From: a virus | Lineage: Duplodnaviria > Caudoviricetes | Direction: 5' to 3' (one strand) | Length of the DNA: 64,000 nucleotides | Virus record (IMG/VR): IMGVR_UViG_3300030433_002104 | Span: 41,192-105,191 of that record | In this document: positions 28,374 through 39,335 of the stretch, piece by piece | Numbering within the stretch: the first letter of the stretch is position 1 | Layout: every line of letters begins with the position of its first letter | Made by a program: the position numbers and the translations under genes | Notes under the pieces: generated by a model | What the model was told of the DNA's origin: nothing | The model's database searches: none | What the model saw: only the letters and a program-made list of their open reading frames with translations

Positions 28374-28390
28374 TCTATAATAGTATACAC
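28374..28390 (-). promoter_or_regulatory. Putative late promoter
   Basis: GTGTATACTATTATAGA in the intergenic gap; matches the motif at 62087-62103. Confidence 0.6.
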
Positions 28391-28412
28391 TTAAAATTGT
28401 TGTTTATATTAG

Positions 28413-31400
28413 TTATAGAGTGCTTAATTCTAGCCTCATAAATTGTACTTTGTTTATATCTTTCAATAATCCTTTATTTACGGAATCATATCCATTGTAA
28501 GATAATACAGTGGTAATATCATTGTGATAATGGAAAAATACGTCATAACTCTTAAAAGTACCGTTAGATCCGGGAAGAGGCAAAGACACCTGATTGCTTA
28601 GATCCTCCTGTCTACCTACGGCTTCATTTTCGTCTGAAGGAACAGGAAGACTGATACGCTGAGGCGTGCTCTGGCCAGTCCTTGGCGCAGCATCTGTTAG
28701 ATCTTTATATATAACTGTTCCGCTCTTAGCCAGTATAAAGGCTCCTGTGCCCTCACAGCCGGGATCTGGACTAGCTACTACTTTTGGTGATTCAAACGTC
28801 GCAGAAAGCTGATCATTCTGCCAATTACTAGGCAAAAAGTCGTCTGATACAAAATCCTTACCTTCGCTTACTATCTTAAATTCTTGTATACTTCCATTGG
28901 CTCCAATCTCTGTTACTCTTATTTGAGCTCCGCTTCCAGTCCCGCCTTGGAATGTAAGAGTATCTCCAACTTTGTATCCTGTGCCTGTCTGAGGAACTGC
29001 GGGATTTCCGCCTGTAGGTAATGAAACCAAGACCTCAATGTCCGCTCTTGTTATGCCCACAGTTGGCAATGTATATGTAAACGGTAACAACATTCCCCTT
29101 CTAATAGTAGATACTTTCCACAATTCAAAAGGAGCTGTCAGGCCTTGAGTAGAAACATTATTTGCGTACAGTGTTGTGCCTTGGACAAGCTGAGGCCACT
29201 CTCTCGTATCATTACCTTCACCAACTAAAGTAGGCACTCTATAATCCACAGTTTCACTTATGAGTTCTCTGGTATATTTAACACCCTCCCAGTCAAATCC
29301 ACCGTCTGGATTTTCATCTGTTGGCCCTTCTGTAATAGGTGCTGTTAGTAATTCTCCGGGATTGAAATGCATAACTGCAAAATATCTAGCGTCAAAAAGA
29401 GTTTGATCGTCTGGCCAAGATTCAAATACTCTTGCGAACAAATGTTCTCCACCAAAAGATTGTATCTCATTACTAGGAGCTCCCCAGCTTCCAAGCTCAT
29501 CGCCAGTGATGTTAGGCTTGTAAGTTGGCAATCCTCTACTAGATATGCTAGTACAAACAAGATTATTAGAAGCCGTAGTTAAATTAGCTCTAGAAGTTAT
29601 AATCCCCACACAGTCTGCTGTATCGTCAAACCAGCATTGTCTAGGCCCAATAATTCCATCATCACTAAAATTGCTTCTATGGCGAACATATCCGTCAAAC
29701 GGAAAGCCCGGCTCTAGCTTTACCGTATAATACGTATCAGCTTGATTGCGGTTTGAGTAGGCTCCAACGAGACCATGATTTGGATTATTGGGAGTATTCT
29801 GAGCTGAAGTGCCAATAGCCCCATAAGCATATGTATCTATCTGAGCTACGCCTTCATTTTCAGGCTCCATGAATTCAATATCAAAATTACTTGTTCCGCC
29901 GGCAGCATTTGGTGCAGAGCCCATTGGAGCTCCTTCTTCTTCACCCGGTTCGCCAGTTCCGCCTCCAGTATTATCTCCATAAGCCTGCTCAGTAGAGTCT
30001 CCGGGAGTTATTACAAATTCATGGTTTCTACCTATTCTAAATATTTGATCTCCACGTCTGCCGCCAAAGTTATTATAAGTTTCTACATAATCAGAACCAG
30101 CCGGATAGACTGTCGGATCTGCTTTGGGTATCGCTGCAGAGCCCAACAAAGTAGATGGGTTATTGAGCTCAATCATGTTGTATTCAGTAGCCAAAGGATA
30201 GTGTGACAATCTTTTTATTGTAACATTGTCTAACTGCGTGCCTTTGCCATTATAATCAAACCAATACCAACCAGCTCCTTTTAGCTCATCCCTGCCGTGA
30301 GGGTATACCGACAGCGAATATGAACTATAGGGAGTGTTTAGTTTTTCGTAGGCAATATGCCACCAATTTTCAAAAAATGTAACGCCACTAAAAGCCCTGT
30401 GGTTATCTTGTAGCGCATAAACCTGATCAGCGCTATCAAAAGCCCCAATCCACTCCGCTGTTAAAGGCATAAACGTTAACTTGTTAGACACTGGCTCCAA
30501 GTCATACGTGCTATCAAAAGCATACTGGGTAATACGTGTCTGGCCAAGATCGTTTCCATTTTCATCTTGCTGTGCGTCTTGATCCTCTGGCAACTCATAG
30601 GCCCAGCATTGTCTGTCCTGAATAGAAAACTTAACTCCGTTTACGTCGTAGTATTTTCTAGCAAAATATTTTTTCATGTTAAGAGCTAGTTTATTAGGCT
30701 TCAGGCCCTTACCATTTCCCCAGTCTACCGTTAGTGATGCCTGACCTGCCGTGGGGTCTTCAAGTGCTCTTTTGGGGTCGTAACCTATATATGTGTCATC
30801 GCCATCAGAGTCAGAAAAATTAGTTCCCAACGCTTCTGTGTCTGCAGGGTTGTTAGGGTCATTGTATAATCCGGGATTAACAATATTAGCTAAATTTACC
30901 ATCCTATGAAAATCATTAATTGGAGATCCATACTTGCCGCTTGGTGAAGCATTAGTTCCTATATCTGCGGGCAAATGTGTTAGATTAATATCCCCGTTTG
31001 AATAGATCTTATCTAGACTTAATACTGTATTGTTTTTCTTAATCCCATAGCTATAGCCAGCCGTATCGTCTGATCCAGTGAATCCACCTTCTGGTCTGGA
31101 ACTAGGCTTAAGGTAAAGATCGCCAAAGTGGGAAGAGTCAACAGTGGTCGTGTTTGCATTTGAGCACACTTGAGAGAGGGTGGAATTGTTGCTTCTTTTA
31201 GTTACTAACTTAGTCACGCTGGAATCAGTATAGCCTTCAGTAAATAAAGCCCCCCAAAACGGGTGATAGTTGTCAAAGTTTTCATCTGACGGGTCTTCTA
31301 TCTTTCCTCCAGATTCATCAAAGCTTGGGTTATTAAGAGAGATCCAGTCCGCTGCATTGTGGCCATTCCACCTATGACTTAGCATGTCAAATGAGGTAAC

Positions 31401-33821
31401 GTTGAGATACCTTCTACTACCTACGAATTTTTTACTAACTGAATTTTTTAGCCACTTAAAAGTTTTGATTTGAGGAAATGCATCACGCTCAACTCCGCAT
31501 ACGCCTTCAAATTTTTCTACGAGCGCATCAGCATACGATTTTGCATATGACGCAATTGGGCCAAACTCAACACATCTTCTTTGGTTTGAAAGTATGTTGC
31601 CATCTTTTAAGCACATTACGTTTTGAGATGTTTGGCAAGCCATTACTGAGTAAAACCAATTTTTGCTGTTTTGCCATTCGGCAAGCTTTTCCCCGCTATC
31701 TACCCCAGCTACACCACCGCTGAATAATCTAGCCCAATAATCAGTAGGGCCTCCAGTAACTGCACTGCTGCTTGTCCTACGTCTGGTAACACAGTCTACT
31801 AAAACAGGAAGATTGGCTGTATACAGACCGCCGTCGCTAGGCCAGCTATTTATATTATGATTACTCTGTGCAGGCGGTGCGTCTAATTTTAATCTCCCAT
31901 CATAACTAGGGTGGCTAGGATCACCCGCTGGCGTACTTGTGTCTTCTCCAAGAACACCTGCAAAAGTTTTCATAGCCGCCTCAAAATCATCATATGAACC
32001 TCCATTACTCAGAGCCTCAGCGGCGTCTCTAAGGTCTTGAAGCGCATCTCCACATTCGTCTGAAGGTGTAAAGCACGGGCTGGGAACGCTACTTACTTTA
32101 GTCTTTACATAAACCCCATTGTTTGCTTCTATTCTAGGCGCAGGTTGAAAGCTGTCAGTATTTGTAGAGCCTTCAGTTTGCTCTGTACAGTTGCTGTTTG
32201 CAGTTCCAGTCGGAACTGGATCAGTTTCTGTCGTGTTGGGTAACTGCACTGTGCCGTTAGTGTTTCTTGGGTCGTTGGCAGCGTCTAATCCTGCATTATT
32301 TGATGCATCAGCCCCATAAACACCTTCTATAGCATCTACCATACTATCATAAAAACTAAATCTAAATAAAGACTCATACTGTGTTGGTGTTATAGAAGTT
32401 GACAACTCTGCATTGTATTGTTCTTCAAAATAATGTCTGTCATCTTTAAAGTATGAATCTCTGTCAGCAATCAAATATTGGAAGTTCCACTTACCCACAG
32501 AGCCAAACTGTGGAACATCGTCGTCGCCAAAGTCCATTGGAATCCACTCGTCGTCAATCCTTTGCAACATAACAACACGGCCAACTGGAAAAGACCTCTG
32601 AGACCTATTAACTACTAGTAGCTTGTCTTTCTTGTCATCCTCGCAGCCATTGCCTTTGTTGGAAAACACTGGGCCAAACATGTAAGGATTGCCCTGATTC
32701 ACGGTCATTGGTATAGCATAGCCGCTAGCAAAATATCCCATGTACGTATTGGAATCCTCTGGCATAGGAAAGCCGCCAGTGGTATCAAAATTAGCGGGCA
32801 TTGGGTTAACTTTTACGGCGGATATTGGCGTAAGTATTTTAGCAAGAACCTGTCTAGTGCCTGCTTCAGCCCTTCCAGTGTTAGGATTATAATATACGTC
32901 AAGCTCTGCAGTTACATTGTTGGCTGGATTGTCTGGCCCGCCCGGATCTAGCTGTGGAAACTCTCCGGGATTGCCAGTGAAAGGCCTGTTGCCAGCGTAA
33001 GCAGTTCCCCAAGGGTGTGTAGGAACAAAGTTAAATTTAGGAGAGCCTTTACCAACTAGTGTTCTAGAATGGCCTCTAGGAGATTGTTGATCATAGAATC
33101 GCATCTCAAAGTTTGCAGTGCTTCTAATTTCACACAAACTTCCACTTACAGTCGCGTTTGTTACATTGTCAGCATTAAGTATAAAGTCAAAAGGCTTTGA
33201 CCATCTCATGCATCCAGATAAACTTGTTTGAACACCAGTTATAAATTTATTTTTGAGATTTTTTCTCTGTACTACTTCTGCTGAATCACCAGCTTTAATT
33301 GCAGTATATCCTAAATTGTACTCCTCAGCAACAAGCGTAGCCGCCTCTATAGAAGTAAAAGCCCCTAAACCAAGCTCTGTTCTAGTCTTACCGATGGGTA
33401 CAAAATGCTTGTCAAACTCAGACTCAGCTCCACTGGCCATCATATCAGTACAAAGAATACCAAACACAGGGTCATCTTTAACCCACCCAAACTCTTTATA
33501 ATTTTTAGTAGCTATGTCAAACATCATAAAGGTTGGATGATTGGTTGGATCTCCATTGTTAAAACCATCCAGCATTAAGTAGTCTGCGGCTTCTGCCAAT
33601 ATTTTAGGCTGATCATCTAATAAGTCCTGCACATCTCTGCTCGGATCTATAATCTTAACAGTCGAATTTTTTTCTTTCATCCTGTCAAATTTTGCGCGTA
33701 TATCGCCAGCACAAAAAGTAGATAAACCTGCTTCTTCAAACGAAACATTGTCCGTAGTTATAGAAGTAAAGGTTTTCTTTTCTTCTTGCATTGATTGTCC
33801 GGTGAATAAGTTTCTTCTCAC
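28413..33821 (-). CDS. Large tail-tip/fibre structural protein (1802 aa)
   Basis: C-terminal GTGYKVGDTLTFQGGTGSGAQIRV..NGSI module typical of phage tail/baseplate proteins; position downstream of the tape measure. Confidence 0.6.
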   Translation of the reverse strand: MRRNLFTGQSMQEEKKTFTSITTDNVSFEEAGLSTFCAGDIRAKFDRMKEKNSTVKIIDPSRDVQDLLDDQPKILAEAADYLMLDGFNNGDPTNHPTFMMFDIATKNYKEFGWVKDDPVFGILCTDMMASGAESEFDKHFVPIGKTRTELGLGAFTSIEAATLVAEEYNLGYTAIKAGDSAEVVQRKNLKNKFITGVQTSLSGCMRWSKPFDFILNADNVTNATVSGSLCEIRSTANFEMRFYDQQSPRGHSRTLVGKGSPKFNFVPTHPWGTAYAGNRPFTGNPGEFPQLDPGGPDNPANNVTAELDVYYNPNTGRAEAGTRQVLAKILTPISAVKVNPMPANFDTTGGFPMPEDSNTYMGYFASGYAIPMTVNQGNPYMFGPVFSNKGNGCEDDKKDKLLVVNRSQRSFPVGRVVMLQRIDDEWIPMDFGDDDVPQFGSVGKWNFQYLIADRDSYFKDDRHYFEEQYNAELSTSITPTQYESLFRFSFYDSMVDAIEGVYGADASNNAGLDAANDPRNTNGTVQLPNTTETDPVPTGTANSNCTEQTEGSTNTDSFQPAPRIEANNGVYVKTKVSSVPSPCFTPSDECGDALQDLRDAAEALSNGGSYDDFEAAMKTFAGVLGEDTSTPAGDPSHPSYDGRLKLDAPPAQSNHNINSWPSDGGLYTANLPVLVDCVTRRRTSSSAVTGGPTDYWARLFSGGVAGVDSGEKLAEWQNSKNWFYSVMACQTSQNVMCLKDGNILSNQRRCVEFGPIASYAKSYADALVEKFEGVCGVERDAFPQIKTFKWLKNSVSKKFVGSRRYLNVTSFDMLSHRWNGHNAADWISLNNPSFDESGGKIEDPSDENFDNYHPFWGALFTEGYTDSSVTKLVTKRSNNSTLSQVCSNANTTTVDSSHFGDLYLKPSSRPEGGFTGSDDTAGYSYGIKKNNTVLSLDKIYSNGDINLTHLPADIGTNASPSGKYGSPINDFHRMVNLANIVNPGLYNDPNNPADTEALGTNFSDSDGDDTYIGYDPKRALEDPTAGQASLTVDWGNGKGLKPNKLALNMKKYFARKYYDVNGVKFSIQDRQCWAYELPEDQDAQQDENGNDLGQTRITQYAFDSTYDLEPVSNKLTFMPLTAEWIGAFDSADQVYALQDNHRAFSGVTFFENWWHIAYEKLNTPYSSYSLSVYPHGRDELKGAGWYWFDYNGKGTQLDNVTIKRLSHYPLATEYNMIELNNPSTLLGSAAIPKADPTVYPAGSDYVETYNNFGGRRGDQIFRIGRNHEFVITPGDSTEQAYGDNTGGGTGEPGEEEGAPMGSAPNAAGGTSNFDIEFMEPENEGVAQIDTYAYGAIGTSAQNTPNNPNHGLVGAYSNRNQADTYYTVKLEPGFPFDGYVRHRSNFSDDGIIGPRQCWFDDTADCVGIITSRANLTTASNNLVCTSISSRGLPTYKPNITGDELGSWGAPSNEIQSFGGEHLFARVFESWPDDQTLFDARYFAVMHFNPGELLTAPITEGPTDENPDGGFDWEGVKYTRELISETVDYRVPTLVGEGNDTREWPQLVQGTTLYANNVSTQGLTAPFELWKVSTIRRGMLLPFTYTLPTVGITRADIEVLVSLPTGGNPAVPQTGTGYKVGDTLTFQGGTGSGAQIRVTEIGANGSIQEFKIVSEGKDFVSDDFLPSNWQNDQLSATFESPKVVASPDPGCEGTGAFILAKSGTVIYKDLTDAAPRTGQSTPQRISLPVPSDENEAVGRQEDLSNQVSLPLPGSNGTFKSYDVFFHYHNDITTVLSYNGYDSVNKGLLKDINKVQFMRLELSTL

Positions 33822-33832
33822 TTGATATCTCC

Positions 33833-36800
33833 TTACTCAAATCCTGTGAACTGTTCGCCATACAGTCCGCCGTTATCTGTTTTGTTCTTTTGGTTTCTAA
33901 ATGTATGATTTGGATTAGTCATATTTGGATGTATTTCTTCTGAAGATGGTGAGAAAAACTGTGACATGTCACCACCAGCAGAATTGAAAAATACCTTATC
34001 CCTAGCTGCTCTATCCGGCAGCATCCCTAGCCCTCTATTTACAAAATCTGGAGAAAGTATAGAAGTCTCGGACTCAAATGTTTCCGTAGTTCTAGGGTTT
34101 CCATCAAGAGTTAACACATCACTTGCTCTGGACTTGACTTGGGATACGATCATAGAATTAACAGGCGTATCGCCCTTTTGCAATGAATCCGTAACCTCTA
34201 ATGCAGTCTGTATAAATTTGAATTGATCAAATATCTCAGTGTACTCAGTAGATGTAGCTTCCTGAATAACATGATTTCTGATAAGAAGATTTTTCTGATC
34301 TCTTATCTTTTGCCTTTCTCTATTAACTCTATCTAATAAAACTTCGTGTTGTTTTTTTAGTTTGCCAAACTTAGGTGTAAACAAGTCCATCTTTACTGAC
34401 GTTTTTATGCCATTAGTTCCAACGTCTACATTTATATCTGTTACTAAAGGGCCTCCGTCAGTCAGTGCTTTTCCTAGTGAGTTGCCTCTAGGTATACCGA
34501 CATATGAGAAACTACCTCTTTCAGAAAACAGTTGCAGACTATTGGCGAAAGCCGCTTTTAATGACCCTGCATCATTTAAAAGGCCATATCCGCCAAAGTT
34601 CCAAGGGGCTAAATTTTCATCTTTTTCAAACTCTACCTTGCCACCTAAATTATTGTAACGAGCTACTCTTGGGTTTGATTCTAAATAACCATATTCTGAG
34701 TCATTAAGGAATGATGATATCCAAGGGCCATAACACCTTTCAGTGGATTGCATTGGTAGCGCAACCATATCTGGATAAACTGGTGATGCAAAAGTATAGT
34801 CTGTACCACGAGGGTCAGCAAGGCTAAACTTTTCCATTGCCGCTTTGTATGCAGAAAAAGCATTTTGGGCAGTACCCAGAGATGCAGTGCTACAAAGACC
34901 AGCTATATTTATATTTACGTTTCCATTCCATCCCGGCTTGCTAAACTGTGGAATCTTTACACTATCCATAGTCAAGAAGTGTTTAATCAATGTACCATTG
35001 TAGGATTGGTGAGGCCCGTCTTTCATGCGAGAATCTATTGTCGGAGTAATCCTACCCGGAACAGTGATAATTGCATAAACGTGATCATTGTCTAGACTCT
35101 TCAAGTCAGTCTGAACAATATTACCTATAAACTTTTTATTGTTTGCACCAATCGCGCTTGTAACTGGAGACCTGTTAAAATCAGTCCATGGAACCAAATC
35201 CTGATCTTGATCTCTATCGTCCTCTGGAATTTTGTCAGAATCGCCTGTTGGCCCTGCGCCACCAGTTGATCTATGAGGAACCCAGTGAGGTTCATAATAA
35301 GGTATTGTCCACTCAAATTCACAAGTGTCCCTATTGTATATTCTACGAGGAGCTTCTATAGCACCTATATCTTCTACATATCTTCCAAATACAACCGTGT
35401 CTTGTGTAGATAATTTTGGAGGCATGTATAGTTTTTCATCTACTTGAACCTTTACATAAGCAACGCTCTTTGGCAAAGCTTTTAATAGTGCCGCACTGTC
35501 AAATGAGTGCCACTTATCTTCATCCATGTTATCCAGCGCATGTACAACATCTGGAATCAACTGGCCGTCAGCAGTAACGACTTGCTGAGTCATACTGTCT
35601 TTGGGAACACCTTTAAAGTTCAAAAACTGGCTATTATCAAAACGAACGTATGCAGAAACCCTACCATTATCTGAGTAGAAGTTAGTGCCGTCAACTGGGA
35701 ATAGATAGCTCTTACATGCGGGAGGCAGAAACATTTGGTTAGCAATAGCAGCAGCCGCAGCTTGTTTATTTGCCTTATGGTTAGCAGCAACATTTCCAAA
35801 CATTTGATGCGGTAATACGGTCTGTGGATTTATATGATAGTCAAAATATCCGCCTTGATTATTTGGTCTATAGTTATGTTTCCATGTGTCTGATATAGGG
35901 TCATAATTATTTTTAAGAGCGCCGTAAGTATAGACACCCTTGAGGTCTTCTATAGTCTGCAATTTGGTCTGGAACTCTTGTGTAAAATAATAGTTAGGGT
36001 CTTTATTGACTGGCTCAGGCTTGAATCCAAACGGGCCACTCAACACTTCACCCCAAGGCGCAATCTGTATATTATTGCCGTAGTTTAAATTTGTGACCTT
36101 TGGTATTTTTACTAGGAAAGTTTTACCTAGATGTTTATCAGCTACGCCTTTGACAAAGTTATAAACCTTGAGCGCATTTTCCATCGTCCTTTCACCGAGC
36201 CTGTTAATTAGCTTGCCCATTTGTTTTGTTCTTGATAGTGTATGCTCAAGAACAGCAAGCTGAGCTTCAAGTCTTTCAGTGGTATTTTGTGCCTCTTCAA
36301 TCGTGTTCGCAGCTACTTGAGTTCCGTCATCTACGCCGCCGCCGCCAGCTACATCTGTATCTTGAACTTCAACTGTTTTGTTTACTTCTTTTCCTCTGTT
36401 AGCAACTTCTTTATGAAACTTTTCAGCCCATTCTAGTATTGTCTGGTTTGCTTTTCTTGCTTTCTCCAATGCCTCGGCTCCGTCTGTTGGGGCTCCAGCA
36501 GCATTTAGCTGAGAAAAAATGTCGTTCCAGTCTGAATCAAAAGATTCAATTACATTCTCAGCAGCGTCCAATCTTTGCAGCGTAGTTGCATATTCCGTAG
36601 CTATCTTTTTCATTTGTGTGGTTATTTTTGCAACACCGGCTTCAGCTATACCAATGCGCTGCGCTCTCTTGTAGTACAACGGATACCCAAAAGGAGGGCT
36701 ACAAGCACTAGCAGGCAAACCCTTTTCGTTAACATAGTCTTTATCAGATCTAAACACACATCTAGGAACGGTAACGGCATAGTTATTAGATATTCCCTCC

Positions 36801-38869
36801 TTGACCTGTGTCCCCAAAGCCTCGGCTCTAGCTTGAGATTCTTCATCGTCTGCAAAGCTAACGGTATTCAACAGACTTCTTTGTATAATGTCGTCTTGCT
36901 CAGTGGATTCCATATAAACTTCGCTGTACTCCAATAGGAAATTTTTCCACCTTTCAAATGAAACTAAGGCGCATCTAAGCTCCATTTCTGTAGCAACATA
37001 GTAATTATCTACACCATTAGCCTCTAAAGATTGGGCGTCTAACAATATCTGCTGATAAGAACCCCAGCCTCTAGGTATAGTCACAGCATCCTTACCTAAG
37101 AAGCCATAAAAAGGAAGAACCTGCTGCTGCAAAGAAGCCTCTAACGTCCACTGTGACGCCATCTTTTCAGCCTGATTATTGGGCACGCCGAGACCTCGTT
37201 TTCTAAGCTCAGCAAAGTCTCTATCATTGGTAGTCTCAAAAAAGTGCATTTTGACTTCTTGAGCACCAACAACAAATTTGTCTACAGGTTGATTAGTTAA
37301 CTCGTATCCTAAGTCTCTGTTTGTTATATTTACGCCGGACTCTGACTCTAGCTGATCTAAATAATTTTTTACAACGCCATAATTTGGTTCAGCGGATCTG
37401 TCTATAGAATCAATCCTAATTATACCTGCTACAACCTGCTGTTGATTACCTGTATATATTCTATCTTGATTGTAAGCATATAGCCAATCACAATAAGGAT
37501 GGTCTATAACCGGCAAAAGAGATACAAACAAATCTCTATTCGTTGCATCACATACTTCCTGACATAAAGAAAGTAAGTCTGTCTGAGCAAAATCTATATT
37601 ATACATAGATGGAATCAAGTCAATGGGCAAACCTGTAAAGTCAACTACATACTTGAACCCTCTAAAATTAATTTCTGTACCAAAAGCATCTTGATATTCT
37701 TGAGGCAAAGCACCGTTATAGCCAAGGATAGCTTCTATAGCTTGTGTTATTCTATAGAAAGGCATACCTTTTTCTGAACTTCTTGACATACCTTCACCAG
37801 TCACAGGGAAAATAGGTGCTATTCTGTCTGGAAGCATAGATTGTACGGGGTTTGTAGATATATAAACATCTGCCGTGCCTAACGATTCAGTTGGTAATGG
37901 AACTTCAACACCATCTATAGCAGTAACTCTGTCAACGAATGTAACCGTGCCATCTGGGTTTATAACTTTGGAAAGCAAAGTTTTCTTAGCTAAAGTATTG
38001 AGCCTTAAATTTAACTCGTCGCTAGGGTCATATTCCAAAAATCCAAACACGTTTATCATGTTTTGTGACCCGTAATTGCTACCCGCATAGTCTTTCAGTA
38101 TAACACTTACATTTGAAAGTATCTCTCTAGGATCTACAACATTTACAGAGTATGCTGGGCCTCCAGTGGCTGATTTATTTTCATTCGTGTTTTGTAGTAT
38201 GCCGCCAAATACTAGGTGATCTCTTCCTCTGTCTGAGCCATATATCTTTCTGTATTCATTTATCCATATATTGTCACCACTACCAGAAAAACCATCGCCA
38301 CCTTTGACGCCAGAGAAGTATGCCGTGTCGTATGGAGCTACATTTCCGGCTTCCGGCCTAATGTCTATTTGACCATCTTTTCCAAACTTAAACTCGTCTG
38401 CTGGGCCAAAAGCTTTAGGGGCTAGATAAGAACTGTAGTTCAAGTCTACTGGGTCTCTGGAGGCTCTAAAAAGATTCTGGCCATGTAGAATATCCAGTGT
38501 AGAAGTGAATGATTCAGGAACAGTAGCATGACTTTTGCCAAACTTAAAAAATACAGGACTACCCACAACCGGAGGAGCAAAAGAATCTCTAGCTCCATTA
38601 TGGTAAACATCATCGCCAAGTCCATATGATTTACCGTCGGATTGATTGTACTTATCTTCTACAAGAGAAACGCTAACAGAAGAACTACTGCCACCAAAGC
38701 CACCCTTAATAGAAAAATTCTTAATAGAGGCACCTAAGAAGGTCTGCTGGGCGAAGCCTTCATTCTCATACGTCCATCCTCCGGCAGAATACGATGTTGG
38801 TATTGCACCACTAGAAGGCCATTTCAAAACGTATAATCCACTTCCTTCAACTATTGAATTAGTCGTCAT
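33833..38869 (-). CDS. Large tail hub/central-spike-like protein (~1680 aa)
   Basis: Hub-like N-terminus (VSVSLVED, FGGILQ, SVNVVDPREIL), central coiled coil, C-terminal VTDINVDVGTNGIKT; likely start ATG 38869. Confidence 0.6.
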   Translation of the reverse strand: MTTNSIVEGSGLYVLKWPSSGAIPTSYSAGGWTYENEGFAQQTFLGASIKNFSIKGGFGGSSSSVSVSLVEDKYNQSDGKSYGLGDDVYHNGARDSFAPPVVGSPVFFKFGKSHATVPESFTSTLDILHGQNLFRASRDPVDLNYSSYLAPKAFGPADEFKFGKDGQIDIRPEAGNVAPYDTAYFSGVKGGDGFSGSGDNIWINEYRKIYGSDRGRDHLVFGGILQNTNENKSATGGPAYSVNVVDPREILSNVSVILKDYAGSNYGSQNMINVFGFLEYDPSDELNLRLNTLAKKTLLSKVINPDGTVTFVDRVTAIDGVEVPLPTESLGTADVYISTNPVQSMLPDRIAPIFPVTGEGMSRSSEKGMPFYRITQAIEAILGYNGALPQEYQDAFGTEINFRGFKYVVDFTGLPIDLIPSMYNIDFAQTDLLSLCQEVCDATNRDLFVSLLPVIDHPYCDWLYAYNQDRIYTGNQQQVVAGIIRIDSIDRSAEPNYGVVKNYLDQLESESGVNITNRDLGYELTNQPVDKFVVGAQEVKMHFFETTNDRDFAELRKRGLGVPNNQAEKMASQWTLEASLQQQVLPFYGFLGKDAVTIPRGWGSYQQILLDAQSLEANGVDNYYVATEMELRCALVSFERWKNFLLEYSEVYMESTEQDDIIQRSLLNTVSFADDEESQARAEALGTQVKEGISNNYAVTVPRCVFRSDKDYVNEKGLPASACSPPFGYPLYYKRAQRIGIAEAGVAKITTQMKKIATEYATTLQRLDAAENVIESFDSDWNDIFSQLNAAGAPTDGAEALEKARKANQTILEWAEKFHKEVANRGKEVNKTVEVQDTDVAGGGGVDDGTQVAANTIEEAQNTTERLEAQLAVLEHTLSRTKQMGKLINRLGERTMENALKVYNFVKGVADKHLGKTFLVKIPKVTNLNYGNNIQIAPWGEVLSGPFGFKPEPVNKDPNYYFTQEFQTKLQTIEDLKGVYTYGALKNNYDPISDTWKHNYRPNNQGGYFDYHINPQTVLPHQMFGNVAANHKANKQAAAAAIANQMFLPPACKSYLFPVDGTNFYSDNGRVSAYVRFDNSQFLNFKGVPKDSMTQQVVTADGQLIPDVVHALDNMDEDKWHSFDSAALLKALPKSVAYVKVQVDEKLYMPPKLSTQDTVVFGRYVEDIGAIEAPRRIYNRDTCEFEWTIPYYEPHWVPHRSTGGAGPTGDSDKIPEDDRDQDQDLVPWTDFNRSPVTSAIGANNKKFIGNIVQTDLKSLDNDHVYAIITVPGRITPTIDSRMKDGPHQSYNGTLIKHFLTMDSVKIPQFSKPGWNGNVNINIAGLCSTASLGTAQNAFSAYKAAMEKFSLADPRGTDYTFASPVYPDMVALPMQSTERCYGPWISSFLNDSEYGYLESNPRVARYNNLGGKVEFEKDENLAPWNFGGYGLLNDAGSLKAAFANSLQLFSERGSFSYVGIPRGNSLGKALTDGGPLVTDINVDVGTNGIKTSVKMDLFTPKFGKLKKQHEVLLDRVNRERQKIRDQKNLLIRNHVIQEATSTEYTEIFDQFKFIQTALEVTDSLQKGDTPVNSMIVSQVKSRASDVLTLDGNPRTTETFESETSILSPDFVNRGLGMLPDRAARDKVFFNSAGGDMSQFFSPSSEEIHPNMTNPNHTFRNQKNKTDNGGLYGEQFTGFE

Positions 38870-39335
38870 TTTCTTCATCTCCTGTGTCTGCAGGTTCTGG
38901 CTCTCTGCTCACATAAGTGTTAAACAAGGCTAGTGATGCATTAGGTATAAATTTTGGAATGAACACTCCATAATCTATGTTGCCATTTATATCTATATTC
39001 GGGTTTGGGTTTGGAGTGTAATGTATATAAGAGTTAAAAACACCAAAGTTTTGTATGCCTGTTTCTTTGTGTTTAATAGAATTAGAAAAATCTTCAATAG
39101 GCTCCCATACGCCGGACTCTGCTATAGTATTTAGTCCCGACATTGCTATAACACCAGACGGGCTATCGAAATATGTAGGAGTTTGATTGTGCCCAGATGG
39201 GTAGTTCATATGCTGTGAGAAATCAGCATACATAGCTTCACCAGACGCTAGAGCTATACCGCCAGAGGGGAAAGGTCTATCTATAGACGCATGTCCAAAC
39301 TTTTGCTGCGAATTAAGAGGTTTGTAGCTAGCCAT
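38859..39335 (-). CDS. Small Ser-Gly-rich virion protein
   Basis: Six SG dipeptides in 158 aa; coupled to neighbouring genes in the tail module. Confidence 0.6.
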   Translation of the reverse strand: MASYKPLNSQQKFGHASIDRPFPSGGIALASGEAMYADFSQHMNYPSGHNQTPTYFDSPSGVIAMSGLNTIAESGVWEPIEDFSNSIKHKETGIQNFGVFNSYIHYTPNPNPNIDINGNIDYGVFIPKFIPNASLALFNTYVSREPEPADTGDEENDD

